From NCBI RefSeq assembly GCF_018350175.1, contig NC_058385.1, forward strand, positions 74,338,001 through 74,402,000: a stretch of DNA of 64,000 bases, read 5' to 3'. A program made the position numbers and the translations under genes. This document shows positions 25,077 through 36,459 of this stretch, one piece after another. The notes beneath the pieces are model-generated. The model worked only from the letters and a program-made list of their open reading frames with translations, was not told where the DNA came from and did not search any database. The stretch's first letter is position 1; every line of letters begins with the position of its first letter. This DNA is from Felis catus (taxonomy: Eukaryota).

Positions 25077-25153
25077 CCATATCTAAAAACCGTGGCTAAG
25101 TTACTGATACCAAACACAAAATTTAGCCATGCTCATCCAAGCATCTGACACAA
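25077..25153 (+). repeat. 77-bp direct repeat, copy 2 (intron 32)
   Basis: 71/77 identical to 23733-23809. Confidence 0.95.
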
Positions 25154-25399
25154 AAGGGAGACACTGACCCGTGTCTTATCAATTAACAGATATTATCAAG
25201 TGTTGTGATAAACTTGATTGGCAAAGTCTCACTATGCCGTGTGCAAAATCTGGAGAGAAGGTAGAACTTCTAACAAGCTCATAAGCTTATTAGGAATTTT
25301 AATTTGTTCGATATATTATTTTTAAAAGTATTTATTATATATTTAGGTAGTTAGCTGTTACTTAGTTGTTTTACTTGAAGGTGATGTTTCTCTCAGCCT

Positions 25400-25580
25400 A
25401 GTCTTTGATCCCACCCATCAGAATCACCAAGAGGATGTTTTGCAAACTACATTCCTGGGTCCTTTCCTGGACCTACTGAATCAGCATTTCCTGGGATGGG
25501 GCGCAAGAATCCGAATTTTAAGTAAAATTCTCCTCCTGGTGATTCTTTTCTACTTTAGAATTCGAAAGTCATTGGCCTAT
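25400..25580. mobile_element. MER5-like MITE remnant
   Basis: catcagaatcacc...gacctactgaatcag...ggtgattc. Confidence 0.6.
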
Positions 25581-25655
25581 GAACTGTTGGTTTATGAAGT
25601 GTTGCTGATTTATGAAACTGTGTCATGTTGTTGGTGGTTGAGATCTGCTTTTGAA

Positions 25656-25843
25656 GGGGCGCCCGGGGGGCTCAGTCGGTGAAGCGTCCAACTTCAGCTC
25701 AGGTTGTGATCTCACGGTGTGTGAGTTCAAGCCCCTCATCGGGCTCTCTGCTATCAGCACAGAGCCCACTTTGGATCCTCTGTCCCCCTCTCTCTGCCCC
25801 TCCCTCCCACACTCTCTCAAAAATAAATGAACACTTAAAAAAA
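25656..25843 (+). mobile_element. Carnivore SINE (sense) whose tail is split by a nested antisense SINE; outer TSD 15 bp
   Basis: Head ggggcgcccggggggctcagtcgg; TSD agatctgcttttgaa at 25641-25655 and 26075-26089. Confidence 0.93.
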
Positions 25844-26048
25844 TTTTTTTTAATGTTCATTTATTTTTGAGAGAGAGACAGAGCATGAGAGGGGGAGGGA
25901 CAGAGAGAGGGAGACACAGAATCCGAAGCAGGCTCCAGCCTCCGAGCTGTCAGCACAGAGCCCGATGCGGGGCTCGAAGCCACGAACCTCGAGATCATGA
26001 CCTGAGCCAAAGATGGGCGCTCAACCAACTGAGCCACCCATGCGCTCC
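25844..26048 (-). mobile_element. Carnivore SINE nested in the tail of the previous SINE, opposite orientation
   Basis: Imperfect inner TSD taaatgaacacttaaaaaaa (25824-25843) / taaatggacattaaaaaaa (26049-26067). Confidence 0.92.
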
Positions 26049-27053
26049 TAAATGGACATTAAAAAAAGAAAAAAAGATCTGCTTTTGAAAATGGACTTAA
26101 AAGGCTGATATGGGGTAGGCTGTCTTGAGATCTGGCAGGGCACTGCTTGCAATGCTGGGGCAGGGTCAGAGAGAGAGGGTTGGAACCAGAGATAGACGCC
26201 ATACTGGTGCTGGGGACTCAGAGAAGGATGGTTTGATGGGACAGCACATCATCCAGGCTGGAGCTCAGCACTGGGCTTCCAAGAGAGGAAAACACAGTGG
26301 TGGGTGGGCAGGTGGGCAGGACTCTGGGAGAGGGAGCCACGGGGCAGGTGGTCCACAGCCATCAGGGCAGAGTTGCAGCCAGCATTGGAAAAATCGTCCA
26401 AGACACGGAGGCTTTGTGCACCACAATGCGAGTTGAGTTCAGGGGCTCCTAAGACAAAGAAGGAAAGTGGCAAGAATGAGGCAGTTTGCCCCCACCGAAA
26501 AGGAGCTGAGGGGTTGAGCAAGCTCTCGCGAGTCAAGGACGAGTGATCAGAACTGGGACAGGCAGTCAGGGCGAGGGGAGTTAGAGCTGAGCCCGGGAGC
26601 ATTGGCTTGGAGCCACTACGTTTCTCCAGGACTGGTCCTAGAAGCTGAGGGAGGGGTCTAGCAGCCACACTGGGTTATCCGGCAAAGTAGGTCCCGAGAC
26701 GGGGTCTGGATACGCTGACCCAGCAAACCAGAGTGTGATTAGCCAACATTACACGGCACATATGAAGGGAAGCTGGGTCAGGGGAAATGTGCCGGTCTTT
26801 GCCGACAGACATCTGGTTGGATCACTCCGACCGCAAGTCCATGGAGTCTCCCGTTTCTGAAGATGCCTTCTCTACCCTGTCTCCCTTTCCCCAGAGCCCA
26901 AAGCCGAACTTTCTCACATTCAGGATGCTGGGTGAGCTTGGCTTAGAGACCGGCACATAACAGGCACAGAATAAATGCTTGATGAAAGAGTGAGCCAATG
27001 AATGAAAGATGCCAAGACTATGTTCCTGAGAAAAGAGTAGAATTTTGTTTTTA

Positions 27054-27286
27054 TTTAAAAAAATTTTTTTAATTAAAAAATTTTTTTAATTTATTTTTGA
27101 GACAGAGGGAGGCAGAACATGAGCAGGGGAGGGGCAGAGAGAGAGAGGGAGACACACAATCCGAAGCAGGCTCCAGGATCTGGGCTGTCAGCACAGAGCC
27201 CGACGCGGGGCTCGAACTCACGGAGTGTGAGATGGTGACCTGAGCTGAAGTTGGACGCTCAACCGACTGAACCACCCAGGCGCCCC
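27054..27286 (-). mobile_element. Carnivore SINE 182 nt upstream of exon 33, 16-bp TSD
   Basis: Perfect TSD tagaattttgttttta at 27038-27053 and 27287-27302. Confidence 0.95.
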
Positions 27287-27468
27287 TAGAATTTTGTTTT
27301 TAGAAGGACCCTCAAAGCTAGGAATCCACTCATGCATACTGGCCACAGCACCCCCACTTTACGGAGTCATGAGGAAAGGAACTCCCGGAAGTAAGAATGA
27401 CTGTAATTCGGTAGGTCCTGGGCCACTCACAAAACCCCTCTTGCCCACTCTTTCTCTCCTCGTGCCAG

Positions 27469-27548
27469 CTTCTTCGAATGTGAACGGCTGTGCGATGCGG
27501 ACCCGTGCTGTACTGGCTTTGGCTTTCTAAACGTGTCCCAGCTAAAAG
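27469..27548 (+). CDS. TG: Thyroglobulin exon 33 (80 nt, phase 2-1)
   Basis: ctcgtgccag|C...AAAG|gtaaga; (G)FFECERLCDADPCCTGFGFLNVSQLK(G). Confidence 0.97.
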
Positions 27549-28233
27549 GTAAGAGCGAGAGCGACTCCGCCTGCCTGAGCACAGCACTTGGCAGCCTGGA
27601 AAACATGCTCCCACATCTGCTCTTTTTGGGGTGGATGGGGAGGTGCCGTCCTTGTTCACACATGGGAAGTGGGGGCCTGGGAGGGGCGGTGGCTAATACA
27701 CGGAACAGCCGGCCGGCCGTGGCTCCTGGCCCACCGCCCGGGCACCTTGACACGGCACTTTGCCTGGCTCACATGGCCTCCTTCTAGGCTCCCAGCTCAT
27801 CTCTCAAGATGCGGCTCAGGCAGCTTGGTGGGATGAACTCTGCATCCACCCGTATGACCTGAATTTAAAACTGGAGTCAGTGCCTTGCTAGCGATGTGAT
27901 CCAGGAAAACCCACTTAATCCCAGAGCATCTCCGCATCCCTCACGTGCAAATGGAAAGACAAATCCCCCTCACGGGACTGCGTGAGGATCGAGCGACGGG
28001 ATGCCAGCAGAGACCAGCCCTGGGCGCATGGCGGGCGCCCCATCAGGATAAGCTCCCTCCATCCCTGCGCTCTGAGACAAGCTGATTGCAGTACCCGGGT
28101 TTTCACCGGTGGCTAAGATCGTGCCTGGAGTCCGGTAGAGCACGCCAGGCGCCTGCTGGAGGATGGGTTTGCAGGATTTCCCTCATCTTCCCTCGTGATC
28201 GTCTTTCTGGTCTTGGTTACTCCTTTGCTCCAG

Positions 28234-28377
28234 GAGGAGAGGTGGCGTGCTTGACTCTGAACAGCCTGGGACTTCAGACGTGCAGTGAGGAAAATGCAGG
28301 AACCTGGCGCATTTTGGACTGTGGCTCCCCTGACACTGAGGTCCGCACCTATCCCTTCGGATGGTACCAGAAACCTG
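28234..28377 (+). CDS. TG: Thyroglobulin exon 34 (144 nt, phase 1-1)
   Basis: tttgctccag|GA...CCTG|gtgagt; (G)GEVACLTLNSLGLQTCSEENAGTWRILDCGSPDTEVRTYPFGWYQKP(V). Confidence 0.97.
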
Positions 28378-28434
28378 GTGAGTCACCCGCCCCTTCCGGC
28401 TGCGTGGCCGTCTTCGGTTGGCTGCCTGCCAACC

Positions 28435-28590
28435 ATGTATTAGGATGATGTCCTTGGGCTGGGAAGTAGACCAGCCGGGATTCGTCGGGTCCAAGTGACA
28501 GAAATCGATCCTATAGAACTTCAGCAGGAAGGGAATTTATCTCTTGCTGATAGACTCAAAGCAAAGATGACTCACCTGGTCTCAGCGACC
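28435..28590 (-). mobile_element. Old MaLR LTR fragment (MLT1J/K-like)
   Basis: tgtattagga...caagtgacagaaatc...agggaatttat. Confidence 0.45.
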
Positions 28591-30874
28591 GGGATGTATT
28601 TAGCAGGAATGAGACTTTGGTTGTTGTAGTCAAGCTTTAAATTCAAGGGAGAGAGTTTGGCCCAGCTTGGGCTGTGTGCCCTCCCACTGCCAGCGGGAGG
28701 GTGGGGCAGCCCGAGTGATGTCCTCTCAAGACGGTATGCACAGTGGGAGAGAGGAGTGTCTTCAAAGTATGGTTAAGGGGCTGTTGCTGGGCAGGGGAAA
28801 CCAATAGACGTGCACTCTGCCAAGTTTCCTTGTGGTTTTTTTGGAGCTTGTCAATTAGGGTAATGGAACACACGGCAGTCTTGGGGAGGGAGAGGGCGAC
28901 ACTGGTGTGTATTTGACGATGTACATGGAGTTAGGATTTCAGGGTCAAGGCAGTGTTGCCCCAACGTGGGCACTTCATACATATGTGCTGATTGTATCCC
29001 AGCCCGTTTGGGGAGCTCAGTTTGAAATCGGCCAATGAACAAATGGATGGTCTGCGTGGGATGATGGAGAAGCTCTGTACTCAAATGAAGAGATACGAGT
29101 GTCTTCCCAGCTTGCCATCTACTCTGTGTTTGTCTTTTGGAAAGTCTTCCCTTGCGTCTGTTTCTCTGTTGGTAGAACAGTGATTGAGACTCTGGTCCCG
29201 TCAGCTCCTACCTTCCAGGAGTTTCTAGGTGCGGGTACAGTTGGGGAACAGTGGGGAGCTGCCTGGAGACTGGGCACGTTCACCCTGTGTCCCGGAAGCA
29301 AATCCAGAAGGATGTGCCGGGTACAAAAAGATTGAAAACCCCCTCTGAGTAGGTGTCCAATGGAGAGGCTGAGATGAGGTTCGTTATCTCCAATCATGGC
29401 TTCCTCCCTCGTTTCAGAGGCAATATAGGACTGATGCTGGCCCTGCCAGGGCACTTGTCCTGGAAATGGGACTCATGGAATGTGCAGTTTGGAGGAATCT
29501 TAGAGATCTATAACTTGGATCTCTACACCCTTCGCCCAACGCAACGCGTTGCCCCAAAGGAGGAAAGGAGGGGAAAACTGATATTACGTGTCTGCTGCGT
29601 GCCTGCACGTGCCGGGGCTTCTACGGGGGCACGGAATTTAATACCCGTGAACGGGCATTCTCTCCTCCATTTCGAGATGAGGAGAGGGTGGCATAGGAAG
29701 TTGGGGCTACTAGCCCCCAAACCACACAGCTAGAGTCAGGCTGCCAGGCCAGAGCTGGTGACCCTAGATGTCACTCTTCTCCGTGTCCACGTTGCTGGCA
29801 GGTCTTTCCCGTCCCGTGAGTGACCGGATGTGACAATGTCCAGACCCTTTGACCGGTTTTCCCCTAACTCAATGAACTAATAAGCAATTTATTAACACGT
29901 TGAAAAAACAATAATAAAACTAACTAATAAGCTAAGAGACCAAACCCGTCAGTGGTGTGGCCTCTTGCTCCAGAGCTGTATCCAACTTGAAGGGGCTGGG
30001 ATGGGGCTCCGTGGTAGAATCTGGCCCCGGCCCTTGTCCCTGAGCCTACTAACCCCCGAGGCATTCCTTGGCTTTAGGCAGATTTATGTGGAGTTAATGA
30101 CGAGCAGGCTAAGTGGAATCTTCCCCGCTGATGTCTACCTTGAGCATCTTGTGACTGATCCTTGATCTGAATTCACTGGGGGTCAGGGTCATGCTTTTCA
30201 TTTTATTTTAACATCCTGATTTATTTTAGGAAAAACATCAGGGCTGTACGATGACATAGCCTCGCTGGGTTTCTATTTAGAGAAGAATGTTCCATATAGG
30301 CTTTAACTCACAGGGACAGGGGAGAAGTGAATGCTTGCTTAGCACTACGGCCCCCCGGGAGACCCCAGGGCCAGCCCTGCGTATTTCGGGGGCTTCGAAA
30401 TGGAACCCTTCGTCTTCAGAGCTTCCCCGCCCGTCTCTCCTCCCATCCCCCCTCCCATCTCCTCACCCCGCAGAAGACTGAAAAATGTCTTTCTCGAGAA
30501 TCTTCATCTGGCTCAGGGAAGACTTGGGTAAAAAGAAGCTTAAGATATAAGTCATTTGTTCAGGAATATCGTGGGAATCGGACCAGGGCGTTACAACATC
30601 ATGGCAGGAGGTGGCAGAGAGAAGAACCCAAGGTGCTCATTGTCCCAGTTCATTCCATCTGCTCTGTTTCTTTTCATCGGACAGCACAGACCCCTAGCTT
30701 TTTCCAATATATATTTTGTGGGGTCAGGCTGGGGACTCAGAGTTCTGTCCAGAAACTGCGGGCCGGGGAATTAAAAATGCACAGCGGTGCTCTCTTTCAA
30801 AGGACACTGACTGAGCATTGGCCATGCCCAGGGCCTCTGGTGTTACTAATCAGCCCGTATTCATCGGACTCTTT

Positions 30875-31010
30875 CCGTGTGCCTGGCTGGATAAAGCATT
30901 TATAAGCCTTATCTCATCTAATCTTCACAAATGCTGTTAGATAAGGAAAGGGAGGTTCAGAGAGGTTAAGTCACTTGCCCAAGGCCACACAGGAATCACA
31001 TCTTATTCAG
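30875..31010 (-). mobile_element. MIR
   Basis: tctcatctaatcttcacaa...ggttcagagaggttaagtcacttgcccaaggccacacag. Confidence 0.65.
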
Positions 31011-32632
31011 ACCCAACCACATAACATAATGATTCAGTCAGTCAGAAAGACCTAGGTCTGAACTCTGACTCTGTCATATGCCCACCTGAACCATGAAGGG
31101 TGGAAAGGACCCTAATCTCCTCTCCATCAGTTTTGGCACACGCAGCCTAAGTTTTTATGGAGGAATTCTTGCAAAGAATTTCCATAGTAGGCTTTGGCCC
31201 TTGCTTCAGATCCATGGCTTGGCCTTTTAGTCTGTTGACATCTATATTGAGTGTTGACCACAGGCCCCAGATTAGACTCCAGGCTGAGAGCCAGAGACGA
31301 GAGGCATAACCCAGGACCCGTTTCTGAAGAACCGCCCCTGAGGCAGGGGAAGGGAAGTGATACTCACCGAACTCCTGATACACGTTAAACACCGAGGAAA
31401 CACTGGAGGTAGAAGGTCCTGCCTGCAGAGGGTTTAGCTGGGCTGAGGGGCCGGATACAAGAGAAATGGAACATTTCTTAAGCACTTACTGTATGTCAGA
31501 AACCACCTAAGAGTGCTTTTTTCCCCTGTATCAATTTGCTAACCCCTGTGAAATGGGCTGTATTCCTATCTTCCTGCGAGGAGATAATTATTCTCTCTGC
31601 AAGCAGAGATTTAGCTGAGGTTCCCGTGGGGGCTGCACGACGGTGGGGTCAGGGAGCACGAAAGGGGAAGAGAATTCTGTTCTACAAGGGATTATGCAAA
31701 AGTGTCTCCAGGGGTAAAGGAGAGGGGGCTGATGGGAGCAGTGACCACTGTGTGGGGACAGGCAGCAGGCTGCGGAGGTGGGGTGGGCCAGGGTCCTGCC
31801 CTCACAGCCCTCAGAGTTTCAGAGACCCGCACACACAGGCAATGGGGCAGTCACAGCATAACGATGGTGCCAGGCTATTCACAGAACAAAGGCCAGGAGA
31901 GAGGCACAGACCTGTCTGGGAGCACCAACAGGGGGCCCCAGAGAGCCCACGGCAATGCACTATGGGACTCTGCGGTCCACAGTGAGCAGAAAGTTCCACG
32001 TGTCGGTGCAGAACAGAGGCTCAGGCTGAGAGAGTGTGAATGCAGAAGAGGCTGTTCACGGGCCTGCCCCAGCAGGAGGGCCCAGGGAGCACGCCCGCTT
32101 CGCATCCCGGGTGGGAGTGGCCAGTGCTGCTCTGTGGTCGAGCAGTGCCCCAGAGCCCCGGCTTTTCTGGAAAGGGCGGGCCCCGGGGCCCTCGTACCTT
32201 CCCTTTGCTCTTTAAAGAGAACGAAGGCTGCCTGTTCTCTCTGCAGCTGTGCATGGCTGGCAAGCGGGGCAGGGTCTCTGGTTTCTTGATAAAGTCAAAT
32301 GTGGCTTCTAAAAAAAACAGTCGAAGCCACACAGTTCCTGCTAAGCAAATGCACTTGGACCTTACGGCAATTCTAGATAAGGGAACGTAACCTGGGTAGG
32401 AAATGAAAAGCCCATGCAATTAGGCCTGTCTGCAATCCACGTCGAAACTACCACATGGAGGTAGGGTTACTGAATGGCCCACTCTCTGTCCTCATTTGCG
32501 TCCTGCCCACAGCTCCTGCCAAGCGCTCAGCGCCAGGTTGGCTCCAGGCACCAGGCTGGCATTTCACAACAGCATCTTCTTTAGTCCCCAAGCACCCCTG
32601 ACGAGATAGGGCCTATTGTGAACCCCATTCTG

Positions 32633-32745
32633 TGCTGTGCTGGCCAATATTTCACAGCTGGCGAGGGTGAGTGGAAGCCCTGATTTGTGGCGATTGCCAC
32701 TTGCCGTGGTGGAAATGTCCCCACCATGGCCACCAACTTGCTCTC
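32633..32745. mobile_element. MER63-like hAT fragment just upstream of the VNTR
   Basis: gccctgatttgtggcgattgcc...ccgtggtggaaatgtccccaccatggcc. Confidence 0.5.
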
Positions 32746-32848
32746 TGTCTGTCTTACCCCAAAAGCAAAACCCTATTAAGAAATACTGCTGAGGGGGTGA
32801 GAAAGGGTAAGTAATGCAACAGCAGTAGAGCCACGTGATCTGTTGTCT

Positions 32849-34266
32849 GCTGAGATGAGCCGCTGGGTGGTGCTCCCTGGTGGTGCCCGCTGAGATGAGC
32901 CGCTGGGTGATGCTCCCTGGTGGTGCTCACTGAGATGAGCTGCTGGGTGGTGCTCCCTGGTGGTGCTCGCTGAGATGAGCCGCTGGGTGGTGCTCCCTGG
33001 TGGTGCTCGCTGAAATGAGCTTCATGGTGGTTCTCCCTTGTGGTGCTCTCTGAGATGAGCTGCTGGGTGGTGCTCCCTGGTGGTGCTCTCTGAGACGAGC
33101 TGCTTGGTGGTGCTCCCTGGTGGTGCTCGCTGAGATGAGCCGCTGGGTGGTGCTCCCTGGTGGTGCTCGCTGAGATGAGCTGCTTGGTGGTGCTCCCTGG
33201 TGGTGCTCGCTGAGATGAGCCGCTGGGTGGTACTCCCTGGTGGTGCTCGCTGAGATGAGCCGCTGGGTGGTGTTCCCTGGTGGTGCTCGCTGAGATGAGT
33301 TGCTGGTTGGTGCTCCCTGGTGGTGCTTGCTGAGATGAGCTGCTGGTTGGTGCTCCCTGGTGGTGCTCGCTGAAATGAGCTTCATGGTGGTGCTCCCTTG
33401 TGGTGCTCTCTGAGATGAGCTGCTGGGTGGTGCTCCCTTGTGGTGCTCTCTGAGACGAGCCGCTGGTTGGTGCTCCCTGGTGGTGCTCGCTGAGATGAGC
33501 TGCTGGGTGGTGCTCCCTGGTGGTGCCCGCTGAGATGAGCCGCTGGGTGGTGCTCCCTGGTGGTGCTCGCTGAGATGAGCCGCTGGGTGGTGTTCCCTGG
33601 TGGTGCTCGCTGATATGAGCCGCTGGTTGGTGCTCTCTGGTGGTGCTCGCTGAGATGAGCTGCTGGGTGGTGCTCCCTGGTGGTGCTCCCTGGTGGTGCT
33701 CGCTGAAATGAGCTTCATGGTGGTGCTCCCTTGTGGTGCTCTCTGAGATGAGCTGCTTGGTGGTGCTCCCTGGTGGTGCTCGCTGAGATGAGCCGCTGGT
33801 TGGTGCTCCCTGGTGGTGCTCGCTGATATGAGCCGCTGGTTGGTGCTCCCTGGTGGTGCTCGCTGAGATGAGCCGCTGGGTGGTGCTCCCTGGTGGTGCT
33901 CGCTGAGATGAGCTTCATGGTGGTGCTCCCTGGTGGTGCTCGCTGAGATGAGCTGCTGGGTGGTGCTCCCTGGTGGTGCTCGCTGAGATGAGCCGCTGGG
34001 TGGTGCTCCCTGGTGGTGCTCGCTGAGATGAGCTGCTGGGTGGTGCTCCCTGGTGGTGCTCGCTGAGATGAGCCGCTGGGTGGTGCTCCCTGGTGGTGCT
34101 CGCTGAGATGAGCTGCTGGATGGTGCTCCCTGGTGGTGCTCGCTGAGATGAGCTTCATGGTGGTGCTCCCTGGTGGTGCTCCCTGGTGGTGCTCGCTGAG
34201 ATAAGCCGCTGGGTGATGCTCCCTGGTGGTGCTCGCTGAGATGAGCCGCTGGGTGGTGCTCCCTGG
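32849..34266. repeat. 40-bp minisatellite/VNTR, about 35 units, intron 34
   Basis: Unit CTGAGATGAGCYGCTGGGTGGTGCTCCCTGGTGGTGCTCG; two 53-bp units carry a 13-bp internal duplication (33650, 34143). Confidence 0.98.
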
Positions 34267-34339
34267 GAATGTGCTGCGGCTTGCCTACTGGTTCTCATGG
34301 TGTCAGAAATTTCTATAGTTCCTGGTGATTAGTTAGTAC

Positions 34340-34600
34340 CATGAAATAAACGTCTACTATATGTATACCATATGCATTCTTTACAACACAACATGATACA
34401 ATACAGTACAATTCAATACAATGTTATAGCATAAATGTTTCCTTTGCAAGCTGAGCTCACTTTGCATTTCAAGATACATTTCCGGAAGCAGAATCACTAG
34501 GTTCAAGGGTGAGAACAATTGAATGCCCTTGATATAGATGGTCTAGTTGTTCTCCAAAGTCTGCGTCAACTCTCAGGATCTTTGCTCTGAGAACCGCTCT
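34340..34600 (-). mobile_element. Old L1M fragment
   Basis: gatacatttccggaagcagaatcactaggttcaagggtgagaacaatt resembles the reverse of the L1 ORF2 3' region. Confidence 0.5.
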
Positions 34601-34734
34601 CTTCCAGGAAAGACAGATATTTAAACAGGCCAGCCACACTGGCCCACTGGGTGCAGCGGAGCATGGCCGTGGTTAGTAATTCTGAGCATTGCTTGAGGAG
34701 CTCACAGAATGTTAGATGACCGACGACACCGTAG

Positions 34735-34930
34735 CTCAGTGGTCCTTCAAGTGTGTCCTCGGACCAGCAGCTTCGGTGTCACCTGGGAATTTGTTAGAGA
34801 GGCCAGATTTCAGGGAGCCCCCCAGACCTGCTGAATCAGACACTATGGGGGTGGGGCTAGCTCGGGGTTGTTACCAAGCCTGGGAACCAGGGCCTTAGAA
34901 TGACTCGGGGGGAACAGGTGTTTCCAGGCA
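34735..34930. mobile_element. MER5A-like MITE remnant
   Basis: cagtggtccttcaagtgtg...ggaccagcagc...cacctgggaatttgttaga...gacctgctgaatcagacact. Confidence 0.65.
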
Positions 34931-34943
34931 GGTGGAACCATAC

Positions 34944-34995
34944 CAAAACAAAACAAAACAAAACAAAACAAAACAAAACAAAAACAAAACAAAAA
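34944..34995. repeat. (AAAAC)n microsatellite
   Basis: Direct reading. Confidence 0.95.
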
Positions 34996-36396
34996 ACAAT
35001 ACAACTGGAGGTTCTAGAACCAAGAGAGGCTGGGTTATGGCTCACCTGACCAAAGTGAAGAAGGCAGGGGAAGGGCAACACCTTAGGGACCAGACTAGAT
35101 TGTGACTCTAATGCATGCTTTTTATGGAGGGAGAATAGGACAGCAGTGTGTCACCGTAGAAGGGCAACGTTAAGAGCGGATAACGGCCAGCATTTATTGA
35201 GTGCCTGCCTACTGTATACCCAAAGCTTTACGCGTACCAACTCATCTAAAGCTCACGAGCCTGAGAGAGGTATTGTTGTAAGCCCTTTTTCCAGACAAGG
35301 ACGTTGAGGACAGGGAGGCGAGATAACTTCTGGAGGGCACAGAGAGGGAAGAGGCCAAGCCGGTCTTGCCCTGGGCAGTTGACCCCTGAGCCCTGCCCTT
35401 GACTGCTGACCATGCCCCCCGCAGCTGAGCATGCATGGAGATCCTGGTTTGGGCCGCTGGGAGAGCATAATGATGAAACTTTCGATCTGTTCAGTAAGGG
35501 GAGGGGAAGAAGATAGTTAGCACTTATGGACCATCTGCCGGGTGTGCGGGTTTCTCCGTAATTTTTACAACATCCTCATTTTGTCAGTGCCGAAATTGGG
35601 TCTAGAAAAAGTCAGATGACTGGTCCTTCCACGCTGCTTCTAAGTGGCACATGGAGACTCGGGCCCAGGTCTGTCTGCATAAAGTCTGTGCTCTGCTCTG
35701 CACCCCCCCCCCCCCCCCGCCAACCTGCCTACCAGGAGCACCTGTCATTTACTGGGCTCTTACCCTGTGCCTGGCACTACGTGATCTCCTGTCATCGTCA
35801 CGCGATTCCCAAGGTGGGTCGTATTGTCCCATCGCGCACGTGTGGAAACATGGGGTTAAGTGCCTCGCCCAAGTGAACGGAGTCGGAAAGTGACGGCTGT
35901 AAGCACATGTACCGTCCTCTGCCTGTCCCCAGAACATGGCCGGACTCTACCTGCTCAGCCCCCGGCCTCATTGCTGGCTTTGGTCAGCGACCCGTGTGCA
36001 GATGAGGGATGTGTCCCTTGTAGGCAGAAGCTACAGACAAGAGCGACGTCTTCTGCATTCGCTTTCCCTGCCTCGGTGTTGTTGAAGCGGGGGGCGTGGG
36101 GGAGCCTTCCTCCCCCCGGGCCCTGGGGGGATGACACAGAGCCAAGCCCCATCCCGCCTACGGAAGACGCATGGTGCGAGACAGAGGCCACCCTGGGTGG
36201 TGGCGGCTTTAAGCCGCTGAGATGTGATTGTCACCTCGGCCCAACCTAGCCCATCCGGACCAGTTCAGGGTGTCTCGGGGGCTGAACGCAGCCCGTCTGC
36301 CTTCCAGGTCCGATTTTGCCATTACTGCCGTGAGCCCCTGTTGACACCTTTGAGGGTGGAGGGGACCTAACCGGCTGCCTCTCTTCTTCTTTTCAG

Positions 36397-36459
36397 TTGC
36401 TCAGAACGATGCTCCCAGTTTTTGCCCCTTGGCGGTTCTGCCTTTCCTCCCCGAGAAAG
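36397..36459 (+). CDS. TG: Thyroglobulin exon 35 (63 nt, phase 1-1)
   Basis: ttcttttcag|TT...AAAG|gtaagt; (V)AQNDAPSFCPLAVLPFLPEK(V). Confidence 0.95.

Noticed and set aside
30211-30222. 12-nt complement (acatcctgattt) of the putative guide of the C/D-like cassette at 53342
   Set aside because: A post-hoc single 12-mer match between two intronic sites; most likely coincidence.
32927-34158. 263-aa and 147-aa repetitive minus-strand ORFs (ISASTTREHH...)
   Set aside because: They are translations of the 40-bp VNTR: three units give the 40-aa period, and frames break at the 53-bp units. There is no promoter or splice context.
32849-34266. CRISPR-like array or Chi-site array
   Set aside because: There are no unique spacers and the DNA is mammalian. 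CCTGGTGG is one mismatch from the E. coli Chi site, which has no known role here.
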